The translations under genes and the position numbers were made by a program. From an uncultured SAR86 cluster bacterium (GTDB taxonomy: Bacteria > Pseudomonadota > Gammaproteobacteria > Magnimaribacterales > AG-339-G14), in the NCBI GenBank assembly GCA_902540995.1, contig CACBOY010000003.1, positions 6,703 to 70,702 on the forward strand: a DNA stretch of 64,000 bases, written 5' to 3'. Each line of letters opens with the position of its first letter. Within the stretch, counting starts at the first letter, position 1. Shown here one piece after another: positions 56,208 to 64,000 of the stretch. Under the pieces are notes generated by a model, which worked only from the letters and a program-made list of their open reading frames with translations, was not told the DNA's origin and searched no databases.

Positions 56208-56735
56208 CTAATGTTTACTGCTTCGATGGGCTACATAATCCATCATCGCTAAAAGCAATCCAGAGATTATAAAAATGATGTGAATGATAACCATCCATTT
56301 AATCTCTACTTCGCTAACCGCAACGTCACCGGAGCCTGCAATTTTTAGGAACGTTTCAAGTAGTCCAATACCAGATATTGCCAAAATTGAGGCAACTAGT
56401 TTTATTTTTAAATCACTAAAATCTACCGAGCCCATCCAATCCGGTCTATCACGATCATCTTTTGCTACATCAATTTTAGAAATAAAGTTCTCATAACCGG
56501 AAAAAATAATCATCACGACAAGGTTAGCGATTAGAGCAAGGTCTACCACTTGCAAAACAAACAAAAGTACTTCTTTTAATTTCATGCTCATTAAACCTGG
56601 AGCATATTGAATGAAGTGTTGAATTGTAGTTATGGCGATTAGTGCTAAGCAAAGACACAAAATCATATAAATCGGCGCTAAAAGCCATCTGCTGGCGTAG
56701 ATTAAGCCCTCTAATAGATTTTCTATAGTTCTCAT
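56208..56735 (-). CDS. yqhA: UPF0114 membrane protein YqhA
   Basis: 175 aa, collinear with E. coli YqhA (ASRWLLAP.Y, MI.FSGYENF.S..D, W....IH..F). Confidence 0.75.
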   Translation of the reverse strand: MRTIENLLEGLIYASRWLLAPIYMILCLCLALIAITTIQHFIQYAPGLMSMKLKEVLLFVLQVVDLALIANLVVMIIFSGYENFISKIDVAKDDRDRPDWMGSVDFSDLKIKLVASILAISGIGLLETFLKIAGSGDVAVSEVEIKWMVIIHIIFIISGLLLAMMDYVAHRSSKH

Positions 56736-56794
56736 TATTTCCCCTGTTTTGAATATTATATTCTAGTTTTTTTTGTGTATTCTTTCTCTAGTTT

Positions 56795-58027
56795 CTAAAA
56801 ATCTATAATCCCATCTTCTTTAAGCTTGTCCAGTTCATTTGAATCTATGCCAATGCCAGACAGAATCTCTTTGGAATGTTCTCCTAAGTCAGGACCTCTG
56901 GACGGAGTTTTTTTGGGTTCGTCTTTAAGAAATACTGGACTATTAACGGTTAAATTTTCTGTTTCAAAACTATTCTTCGAAAAGTTAACTAAAACCTCAC
57001 TTTTTAGAAATTGTTCATCTTTTTTGTGATCCGTAGATTTACTCAGAATACCAAAGGTAACTTCAGAGAATCTTAATTTATCAACTATTCCATTCAAATC
57101 ATATTGCTTAAAGATTTTTTCAAGTTCCTTATAAAGCTCTTGGTGATTTTCGTTCATTTTTTGAAAGGATGAAAACCTTTCATCAGAATTTAAATATTCT
57201 ATATTGAGAGCTTTCAATAATTTTGGCCATTCTTTAGCCGCATCAATGATTGCCAACAATAGAAATCTTCCGTCTTTAGTTTCATATCTTCCACCAAAAG
57301 GGTGAGGAGTAACTTCAGTCTTCCTTTCAGGAAAATCAGCGTCAAAAAGCGCTGCCTGAATGAAAGATCCGTTTGACCAAGCACCATTGGCCATCAAAGA
57401 AGTATTTACTTCTCCACCTTTGCCCGTTTTTTCTCTTCTATAAAGAGCCGTCATGATGCTTGCAAATAAAGATACTCCAGTAGGCTGATCTCCCATACCT
57501 ATAGGTGGCATCCCTGGAGTAGAATTATCCGACGGTCTTACAATATCCATCAAACCACTTCTTGCCCACCAAGCCATCGTATCAAAGGCAGTTCTGTGCG
57601 AGTCTGGACCTTCTTCACCGTAGCCTGTCAAAGACCCATAGATAAGTCTCTCGTTTAAAGGGAGTAAGTCAGAGGCATTAATTTTTAATTTATCTCTTAT
57701 TCTTTGCGGCATATTTGTTACAAATACATCCGAAACCTTTACCAATTCTTGCAAAATTTTTTGTCCTTTTGGGTCGCCAAGATTTAAGGCTAAACTTTTT
57801 TTATTTCTTGAGGTTAAATGCCAACAATAGTCTTTATCGGAAACTGGATTTACTCTTTTTGTTCGAGTAATTAAATGTCTTAAGCTATCACCGATTTTCG
57901 GCGGTTCAATCTTGATGACTTCTGCACCAAAATCAGAAAGGATTGTGGTTGACACCGGCCCTGCGATAAAACTTCCCGCATCAATAACCTTTAAACCTTC
58001 TAATAGTAATTTTTCAGACATAGACAA
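56795..58027 (-). CDS. family III CoA-transferase (CaiB/BaiF type)
   Basis: 410 aa. The N-terminal L.G.KV.D......GP......DFGAEVIKIEPP..GD..R is present, along with the family's interlocked-dimer layout. Confidence 0.85.
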   Translation of the reverse strand: MSMSEKLLLEGLKVIDAGSFIAGPVSTTILSDFGAEVIKIEPPKIGDSLRHLITRTKRVNPVSDKDYCWHLTSRNKKSLALNLGDPKGQKILQELVKVSDVFVTNMPQRIRDKLKINASDLLPLNERLIYGSLTGYGEEGPDSHRTAFDTMAWWARSGLMDIVRPSDNSTPGMPPIGMGDQPTGVSLFASIMTALYRREKTGKGGEVNTSLMANGAWSNGSFIQAALFDADFPERKTEVTPHPFGGRYETKDGRFLLLAIIDAAKEWPKLLKALNIEYLNSDERFSSFQKMNENHQELYKELEKIFKQYDLNGIVDKLRFSEVTFGILSKSTDHKKDEQFLKSEVLVNFSKNSFETENLTVNSPVFLKDEPKKTPSRGPDLGEHSKEILSGIGIDSNELDKLKEDGIIDF

Positions 58028-58121
58028 ATATTACACAAGGACGCGCACACATTGCAGAAAAGTTTTATCATTAATTTGAAAATTATAGTAATTTTTAAGA
58101 ATCAAATATAAGAAGGTAATT

Positions 58122-58499
58122 ATGACCAAAGAATCCTATTTTTTATTATTTATTTCTATCGGAGTATTTCCCGCTGCGCTGGGATACGGATTAAATCCAA
58201 AAGAGTTTCTACCAATTCTTTATGGAATTGAAGTTGCAGATAATAATTTGTCCAATATCTTCAGAGCCATAATGGGCCTTTATATTGGTTGTGTGATGTT
58301 GTGGGTTTTTGGAGCTTTTAACAAAAGTCTTACGGTTCCCGCTTTATGGTGCATGTTTGTCTTTATGCTTGGGATTGGCCTTGGAAGAGCACTCAGTTTA
58401 ATTCTAGATGGAATGCCAGATATGATCTTTGTATTCTTTATGATTTTTGAATTTATTGCTGCAGGAATTACTTTTTATTTACTAAAGGCAAAAGCTTAA
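58122..58499 (+). CDS. DUF4345-like small membrane protein
   Basis: 125 aa with 4 TM helices and a GRALSLILDG motif. Confidence 0.5.
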   Translation: MTKESYFLLFISIGVFPAALGYGLNPKEFLPILYGIEVADNNLSNIFRAIMGLYIGCVMLWVFGAFNKSLTVPALWCMFVFMLGIGLGRALSLILDGMPDMIFVFFMIFEFIAAGITFYLLKAKA

Positions 58500-58513
58500 A
58501 GTACTTATTTTGA

Positions 58514-58589
58514 TGGTGCCCAGAGGTGGAATCGAACCACCGACACAAGGATTTTCAGTCCTTTGCTCTACCGACTGAGCTATCTGGGC
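58514..58589 (-). tRNA. tRNA-Phe (anticodon GAA)
   Basis: The reverse complement reads GCCCAGATAGCTCAGTCGGTAGAGCAAAGGACTGAAAATCCTTGTGTCGGTGGTTCGATTCCACCTCTGGGCACCA. It folds by hand into a cloverleaf with a 7-bp acceptor stem, anticodon loop CTGAAAA, a TTCGATT T-loop and an encoded CCA. It is near-identical in layout to E. coli tRNA-Phe. Confidence 0.92.
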
Positions 58590-58633
58590 AAAAAGAAAAT
58601 CAAATTCTATAGATATTTAGCAAGCTAATAAAG

Positions 58634-58903
58634 TTATTTATCTAAAGGGACAAATCCCTCAGCTTTATCAAAAGATTCATTATTCAAAAAGTTTTCGAGT
58701 TGTTGACTGAGATAATCTCTGGACTCCTTTTTTGATAAATCTAATTGTTTTTCGTTCACAAGCATTGTTTGTTGTTGAAGCCATTCCATCCAAGCTTGTT
58801 TGGAAACGCTTGAAAAAATTTCTTCTCCTTTTTCTCCGGGAAAAGGAGGTCTATCCATCTTAGGCAAATCCTTTTGATATTTTCTACAAAAAACAGTTTT
58901 CAT
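58634..58903 (-). CDS. yggX: Fe(2+)-trafficking protein YggX
   Basis: 89 aa, collinear with E. coli YggX (FC......L......P.PGE.G..I...VSK.AW..W...QTML.NE..L). It lies downstream of mutY, as in enterics. Confidence 0.85.
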   Translation of the reverse strand: MKTVFCRKYQKDLPKMDRPPFPGEKGEEIFSSVSKQAWMEWLQQQTMLVNEKQLDLSKKESRDYLSQQLENFLNNESFDKAEGFVPLDK

Positions 58904-59913
58904 AAATAATTTTTTATTATCTCTTTAATGGGTTTTGGCATTCCCATTTTAACTGAATCTTCTTTGCTTACCCAAACTGAGCTGGATCTGTCTATCTTTA
59001 ATCTATCTTTGTTTTTTATTTGGTATTTGACCGTTGAGATATTTAGTTTTCGATGAGATAAATTATGAATAATTTCAGGGAGAGGTTCTTTTTTCTCAAG
59101 AAAAGAGATATTGTCTTTATTCAAAATATCCTTGTCAGGAAATAGCCATAAATTTTTCCAGATGCCCTTACTATCATTTCGCTTTAGCAAAATTTTGTTT
59201 TTCGAAGATATCAATAACCAATCAATCTTTTTTTCTTTTTTAGGTTTGTAAGTTTTTTTTAATGGAATTTTTTCTTGAATGCCTAACCTTAAAGCCTGAC
59301 AATTTTTATTTACGGGACAACTACTACACATAGGATTTTTTGGCTTACATAACAAGGAACCCAAATCCATTATCCCTTGAGAATATTCTCTAAATGAGTC
59401 TTTTGGTAAAAATCCTTTAGCAAAACTTTTTACTTCTTTTTGAGTCTCATTATTATCTATTGGATTAGTAATGCCTTTAAACCTAGCAATAACTCTTTTT
59501 ACGTTCCCATCTAAAATTACTCCAGGTAACTCAAATGCAAGGGAAAGTATTGCTCCTGCCGTAGAAGGTCCGATACCCGGTAGCTCAACTAAATTTTTAA
59601 AATCTTGAGGGAATTTTCCTTTGTATTCATTCAAGATTATTTTTGCAGTTTTATGAATATTTCTTGCTCTAGAGTAATAGCCCAAGCCACTCCACAAACT
59701 CATAACCTGTTCTTCAGAGCTTTCAGCCAAAGTTTTTATTTCTGGAAAAGTTTTTATGAATGCCTTGTAGTATGGGATTACAGTTTCAACTTGAGTCTGT
59801 TGAAGCATAATTTCAGAAATCCAAACCTCATACGCACTTTTTTTCTGCCAGGGAAGATTATGTCTTCCTTGGTTCTTTTGCCAATCAATAATTTTTTTTG
59901 AAAATTGATTCAT
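58900..59913 (-). CDS. mutY: A/G-specific adenine DNA glycosylase
   Basis: 337 aa with LPWQ, SEIMLQQTQV and the HhH-GPD motif (LPGIGPSTAGAI). The 4Fe-4S cluster loop is C.P..P.CSSCP....C, and a C-terminal NUDIX-like domain follows. Confidence 0.9.
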   Translation of the reverse strand: MNQFSKKIIDWQKNQGRHNLPWQKKSAYEVWISEIMLQQTQVETVIPYYKAFIKTFPEIKTLAESSEEQVMSLWSGLGYYSRARNIHKTAKIILNEYKGKFPQDFKNLVELPGIGPSTAGAILSLAFELPGVILDGNVKRVIARFKGITNPIDNNETQKEVKSFAKGFLPKDSFREYSQGIMDLGSLLCKPKNPMCSSCPVNKNCQALRLGIQEKIPLKKTYKPKKEKKIDWLLISSKNKILLKRNDSKGIWKNLWLFPDKDILNKDNISFLEKKEPLPEIIHNLSHRKLNISTVKYQIKNKDRLKIDRSSSVWVSKEDSVKMGMPKPIKEIIKNYL

Positions 59914-59969
59914 GTTTATTATTTTACTGATTTCTGTCCGCTATAATGTCTTTTTGAAAGAGGATTAAG

Positions 59970-60557
59970 ATGCGAAAAGCTGAATTAGAAAGAAACACCA
60001 AAGAGACCCAAATCAAACTTTCTCTAGCTTTAGATGGTAAAGGAGAAAGCAATCTAAAAGCAGATCTACCTTTTTTTGTTCACATGATTGATCAGCTATC
60101 CAAACATGGCGGATTTGATATCGACTTAGATGCAAAAGGGGACTTAGAGGTGGATGCTCACCATACTGTAGAAGATGTAGGCATTAGTCTTGGAGAAGCA
60201 TTCAATAATGCTCTAGGCGATAAAAAAGGTATTTTCAGATTTGGCTCTGCATATGCTCCTTTGGATGAGGCTTTATCAAGGGTTGTTGTAGATTTCTCAG
60301 GAAGACCAGGGTTAAGTTGGAATGTTAATTTCACAAAAGAATCGATTAATGATTTTGATTTGAGCTTGTTAAAAGAATTTTTCCATGGTTTTGTCAACAA
60401 AGCTCTTGCAACTGTTCACATTGATAATCTCAAAGGCGAAAATGCTCATCATCAAGCTGAAACTATATTCAAAGCATTTGCTTTAGCTCTCAAAACCGCA
60501 TGTATGGTAGATCCTTCTAAAGGAGATGTTCTTCCTTCCACTAAAGGGTTGCTATAA
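59970..60557 (+). CDS. hisB: imidazoleglycerol-phosphate dehydratase
   Basis: 195 aa with R.T.ET.I, HM.DQL..HG, D.HHT.ED.GI..G and HH..E..FKA. Confidence 0.9.
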   Translation: MRKAELERNTKETQIKLSLALDGKGESNLKADLPFFVHMIDQLSKHGGFDIDLDAKGDLEVDAHHTVEDVGISLGEAFNNALGDKKGIFRFGSAYAPLDEALSRVVVDFSGRPGLSWNVNFTKESINDFDLSLLKEFFHGFVNKALATVHIDNLKGENAHHQAETIFKAFALALKTACMVDPSKGDVLPSTKGLL

Positions 60558-60561
60558 ATTA

Positions 60562-61170
60562 ATGCACCTTGGAGTAGTTGATTACGGAGCCAGCAACATA
60601 CATTCAGTAGCTAGAGCTCTTCAATCACTTGGTTCAAAAGTTTCAATTGTTGATACTCCTGATAAATTTAAAAGTATTGATAAACTCGTCTTTCCTGGGC
60701 AAGGTTCAATGGGTTCTTGCATAAAAAAATTAAATGAAAAGGAAATGATTAATTCCTTGATGGATGCAATCAAATCGAAACCTTTTCTTGGAATTTGTTT
60801 AGGTCTTCAAATTCTCTTTAATTCAAGCGAAGAAAGCAAAGAGAAGGGCTTAGGTGTTATCAATGAAAGCATAACCAAAATAAAAGACGTAAATAATGAA
60901 AATATAAAAATCCCTCACATGGGTTGGAATAACGTAAAGATTGAAAAAAAACATGAACTATTTTCAGGAATAGAAGATAAACAGTTTTTTTATTTTGTGC
61001 ATTCTTTTGTAGCTTCGAGCACTGAAACCAGTATCACCACTACATATTATGGAGAAGAGTTTGTTTCATCATTGGCAACTGAAAACATTTTTGCTACTCA
61101 GTTTCACCCAGAAAAAAGTGGAAAAATAGGTCTCAAATTTTTAGAAAATTTTATCAATTGGAAAATTTAA
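60562..61170 (+). CDS. hisH: imidazole glycerol phosphate synthase, glutaminase subunit
   Basis: I place the start at ATG 60562 (MHLGVVDYGASN); the track start 60526 lies inside hisB. It has GICLGLQ (catalytic Cys), PHMGWN and the FHPEKS triad. Confidence 0.9.
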   Translation: MHLGVVDYGASNIHSVARALQSLGSKVSIVDTPDKFKSIDKLVFPGQGSMGSCIKKLNEKEMINSLMDAIKSKPFLGICLGLQILFNSSEESKEKGLGVINESITKIKDVNNENIKIPHMGWNNVKIEKKHELFSGIEDKQFFYFVHSFVASSTETSITTTYYGEEFVSSLATENIFATQFHPEKSGKIGLKFLENFINWKI

Positions 61171-61887
61171 ATGTTGCCAATTCCTGCAATTGATATCCAA
61201 AACGGAAAATGTGTTCGTTTGCAAAAAGGAGACTTATCCTCAACTAAAATTTATTTTGAAAAGCCCATCGATGCAGCGGCTCACTGGATAAAAGAAGGAA
61301 CAAAAAGACTGCATTTAGTTGATTTAGATGGCGCCAAGTCAGGCAAACCTGAAAACTTAAAATATGTTTTAGAGATTAAAGAAAAATTCCCAGACATAAA
61401 TCTTCAGCTGGGAGGAGGAGTAAGAGATCTGGAAACTCTTGATTTAATTTTTTCATCTGGTGTTGATCATGTAATTCTAGGAAGCATTGCTATAAAGGAT
61501 AAAGAACTATTCAGGAAAGCCTGTACAACCTTTCCAGACAAAATTATTTTAGGTATCGATGCAATTAACGGTTTTCTAGCTGCAGAAGCATGGACAGAAG
61601 CTTCAAAATTATCAGCCTCAGACTTAATCAATTCTTATAAAGAGCTGCCTATCAAATCAATTATTTATACAGACATTAATAAAGACGGTATGCTCTCTGG
61701 GCCAAATTTAGAAGAAACATCTGAAGTTGCAAAATTATCTCCTTTTCCTGTAATAGCTTCGGGCGGAGTAAAAAATATCAACGATTTAACAAATCTTTCA
61801 AAAATTCCCAATGTTATCGGGGCTATCTGTGGTGTTTCGCTTTATGAAAATAAAATAAACTTCAAAGAAGCCCTAGAGATGTTTTAA
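61171..61887 (+). CDS. hisA: ProFAR isomerase HisA
   Basis: 238 aa with PAIDI..GKCVRL.KGD, LH.VDLDGA, GGG.R and YTDI..DGML.G.N. Confidence 0.9.
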   Translation: MLPIPAIDIQNGKCVRLQKGDLSSTKIYFEKPIDAAAHWIKEGTKRLHLVDLDGAKSGKPENLKYVLEIKEKFPDINLQLGGGVRDLETLDLIFSSGVDHVILGSIAIKDKELFRKACTTFPDKIILGIDAINGFLAAEAWTEASKLSASDLINSYKELPIKSIIYTDINKDGMLSGPNLEETSEVAKLSPFPVIASGGVKNINDLTNLSKIPNVIGAICGVSLYENKINFKEALEMF

Positions 61888-61891
61888 AAAA

Positions 61892-62650
61892 ATGAGTTTA
61901 GCAGTTCGAATTATCCCTTGTTTAGATGTTAGAGGGGGAAGAGTAGTTAAAGGTATTAATTTCAAGGATATTGTTGACGCTGGAGATCCAGCAGAAGCTG
62001 CTAAAAGATACGATGCTGAAGGTGCTGATGAGATATGCATGTTGGATATTGATGCGTCTTTTGAAGAACGTTCCACAACAATTGAGACTGTTAAATCAAT
62101 AGCCTCACAAGTCTTCATACCATTTACTGTTGGAGGGGGAATCAAATCTCTTAAAGATATTGATATGCTTCTAAAATCAGGGGCTGATAAAGTTTCTATT
62201 AATACAAGTGCTATTTTAAACCCTGATATTATAGAGGAGGCTTCTAAAGAGTATGGAGCTCAATGTATTGTTTTAGCAATAGATGCTAAAAAGGATGGGG
62301 AAATCTGGAACGTCTATACTCACGGCGGAAAAAACAAAACCGAATTAGATGCTATTGAGTGGGCAAAAAAAGGGCAGGATTTAGGTGCAGGGGAAATTCT
62401 CATGACCTCCATGGACAAAGATGGAACTAAAAGCGGATTTGATAACAACTTGTATTTGGAGCTTTCAAACAATTTATCGATTCCTGTTATCGCATCTGGT
62501 GGAGCTGGGGAACTTTCGCATTTAGTTGATGCTGTAAAGATTGGAAAAGCTGACGCTTTACTTGCAGCTAGTATTTTTCATTACGAGGAAATTTCGATAA
62601 AAAAAGTTAAACAGGCTCTTCAAACCGAAGGTTTTGAAGTGAGACTCTAA
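61892..62650 (+). CDS. hisF: imidazole glycerol phosphate synthase, cyclase subunit
   Basis: 252 aa with [46 protein letters not shown] and IASGGAG. Confidence 0.95.
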   Translation: MSLAVRIIPCLDVRGGRVVKGINFKDIVDAGDPAEAAKRYDAEGADEICMLDIDASFEERSTTIETVKSIASQVFIPFTVGGGIKSLKDIDMLLKSGADKVSINTSAILNPDIIEEASKEYGAQCIVLAIDAKKDGEIWNVYTHGGKNKTELDAIEWAKKGQDLGAGEILMTSMDKDGTKSGFDNNLYLELSNNLSIPVIASGGAGELSHLVDAVKIGKADALLAASIFHYEEISIKKVKQALQTEGFEVRL

Positions 62651-63264
62651 GTTCTGAAAAATTCTTTATTCTGGAATCTATAAAAAATTGGCTCACCCGT
62701 AGCTATTTCTATTTTAACTATTTCTTCAGGTGATATTTTTTCTATATGCATTACAAGCGCTCTCAGAGAATTTCCATGAGCACATATCAATACATTTTTC
62801 TTTTCATTAAGAAAGGGCTCTATAACTTTCTCAAAATACGGAATAACTCTATCGGCAGTATCTTTTAAACTTTCTCCACCTGGTGGAGGCTGATCAAAAG
62901 ATCTTCTCCAAATGTGAATCTGTTCCTCTCCCCATTTTTCTCTGGATTCGTCTTTATTAAGCCCAGACAATTCGCCGTAGTCTCTTTCATTTAAAGCGAT
63001 ATTTTTTACTGTCTCTAAAGATTCTTGTTCTATTTCAGAAAGAATTATTTCTCCTGTTAACTGAGCCCTTTTTAGTTCCGAGGTAAAGTGGATATCAAAA
63101 ACAATGTTTTGTTCTTTTATTTTTTCTCCTGTGATTTTTGCCTCTTCCAAACCTTTTTCTGTGAGGCCAGGATTTTTCCAACCCGTAAAGAGATTCTTTG
63201 CATTCCACTCACTTTGTCCATGCCTTACAAGAACTAAGTGAGAAAAATTTTCTTCCGAATTCAT
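62647..63264 (-). CDS. gpmA: 2,3-bisphosphoglycerate-dependent phosphoglycerate mutase (short form) / histidine phosphatase family
   Basis: 205 aa with [17 protein letters not shown], a catalytic His plus RAQ.T and a second His in AHGNSLRAL. Confidence 0.8.
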   Translation of the reverse strand: MNSEENFSHLVLVRHGQSEWNAKNLFTGWKNPGLTEKGLEEAKITGEKIKEQNIVFDIHFTSELKRAQLTGEIILSEIEQESLETVKNIALNERDYGELSGLNKDESREKWGEEQIHIWRRSFDQPPPGGESLKDTADRVIPYFEKVIEPFLNEKKNVLICAHGNSLRALVMHIEKISPEEIVKIEIATGEPIFYRFQNKEFFRT

Positions 63265-63301
63265 AGTGTCAAATCAGTTTTACGTTTATCATATCGCGCT
63301 T

Positions 63302-63709
63302 ATGCCATATTTTATTGAATTTTTAATCGACAATTGGTTTATCGTTATTCCTTTGATCTTTTCATTATTTGCTCTTTACTTGTTGGATAGGATTTCAAAA
63401 GCAATAAATTTAGAACCTCATAAGGGAGTTGTCTTGATCAATAAAAAAAATGCTCTCGTTATTGATATTAGATCTCAAAAAGAATTCGATGAAGGAAAAA
63501 TTAGTCAAGCAAGACATGTCGGTCCTGATTTAGAAGTTTGTAAGAAGGAAATAGCGAGAGCTGATGGCAAACCAGTAATATTGGTTTGTCAGAATGGGAC
63601 AAATTCATCTCGCATGGCTTCAGATCTAAAAAAAGAAGAAATAAGTGTTTTCGTTTTAAAGGGCGGAATAAATAATTGGGTTTCGGAAAAATTACCTTTA
63701 GTAAATTAA
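63302..63709 (+). CDS. yibN: membrane-anchored rhodanese-domain protein, YibN-like
   Basis: The likely start is ATG 63302 (MPYFIEFL...) rather than GTG 63266. It has an N-terminal TM helix and a rhodanese domain with the active-site loop VCQNGTNSS. The layout matches E. coli YibN. Confidence 0.65.
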   Translation: MPYFIEFLIDNWFIVIPLIFSLFALYLLDRISKAINLEPHKGVVLINKKNALVIDIRSQKEFDEGKISQARHVGPDLEVCKKEIARADGKPVILVCQNGTNSSRMASDLKKEEISVFVLKGGINNWVSEKLPLVN

Positions 63710-64000
63710 AGATCTAGTTCAGTAATCTTTCGAGCTAAAGTATTTCTTCCCCAGCCCAATAACTTAGCTGCTTCACTTTTTTTACCTTTTGTTACTTTCA
63801 GTGCCGCTTTAATCATGGTTCCTTCAAATATCGGGGTAGCGCTATTGAGAATATGATCATCACCTTTAAGAAGTTTTTTTGATGCCCATGACTCAAGCAT
63901 ATCGCTCCAACTCATTTCAGGGCCTTTACGCTGTAAAGAAAGGTCTTTGGGAATATCACTTATCGAAATCTCTTGACCAGAGGATAATAAGGTTAGTGAC
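63706..64000 (-). CDS. ntrC: 3' part of an NtrC-type sigma-54-dependent response regulator gene (runs off the window)
   Basis: The frame is open from the window edge down to the stop at 63706. The C-terminal Fis-type HTH KSEAAKLLGWGRNTLARKITELDL closely matches the NtrC C-terminus. The track shows only the part downstream of an internal Met. Confidence 0.65.
   Translation of the reverse strand, partial: SLTLLSSGQEISISDIPKDLSLQRKGPEMSWSDMLESWASKKLLKGDDHILNSATPIFEGTMIKAALKVTKGKKSEAAKLLGWGRNTLARKITELDL

Noticed and set aside
58514-58589. tRNA-Phe as the attachment site of an integrated genomic island.
   Set aside because: I recognised no integrase, excisionase, transposase or phage gene anywhere in the window, and I could not find a direct repeat of the tRNA 3' end. 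The accessory character of 43-58 kb is kept as a finding, but integration at the tRNA is unsupported.
1-64000. CRISPR arrays, tandem or interspersed repeats, insertion sequences, toxin-antitoxin pairs or known defence systems.
   Set aside because: Reading through the window I saw no spaced direct repeats, no inverted-repeat-bounded elements and no gene products resembling Cas, restriction, abortive-infection, retron or TA proteins. A computational repeat search (self dot-plot) would be needed to exclude short dispersed repeats.

Overview
This is a very gene-dense, AT-rich chromosomal segment; hand counts of sample lines give roughly one third GC. It looks like a streamlined gammaproteobacterium. 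Gene order resembles Pseudomonadales-type genomes: rpoH-thiS-thiG-trmB, rdgB-metW-metX-yggT-proC-yggS-argS-efp, lgt-thyA-folA, mutY-yggX and hisB-H-A-F. A marine SAR86-like lineage is only my guess. I can support about 78 CDS, one tRNA-Phe, one clear intrinsic terminator and one terminator-like leader structure. I saw no rRNA, CRISPR array, transposase, integrase, phage gene or recognisable defence system. Most of the window is housekeeping. Four parts deserve a second look. (1) At 2.3-9.1 kb two convergent operons form a c-di-GMP phosphorelay module. One encodes an unknown membrane protein, an EAL protein, a protein with an H-box dimerisation domain but no ATPase domain fused to REC-GGDEF, and a single REC. 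The other encodes a secreted stand-alone TonB C-terminal domain and a hybrid kinase with two REC domains and no Hpt. (2) At 43-58 kb there is an oxidoreductase-rich accessory block next to tRNA-Phe. In it a 959-aa TonB-dependent receptor sits between an ADH-SDR-secreted protein operon and a DUF3604-P450 operon, with no regulator or P450 redox partner nearby. (3) The leader of a TonB2-type (TtpB/TtpC-ExbB-ExbD-TonB-TPR) operon carries a terminator-like hairpin with an overlapping alternative hairpin. (4) Several signatures of extreme compaction are visible: seven convergent gene pairs share overlapping stop codons, eight genes form a spacerless array, and zapE has its P-loop upstream of the first ATG. 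All functional calls rest on my reading of the translated ORFs and on motifs. No database search was possible.
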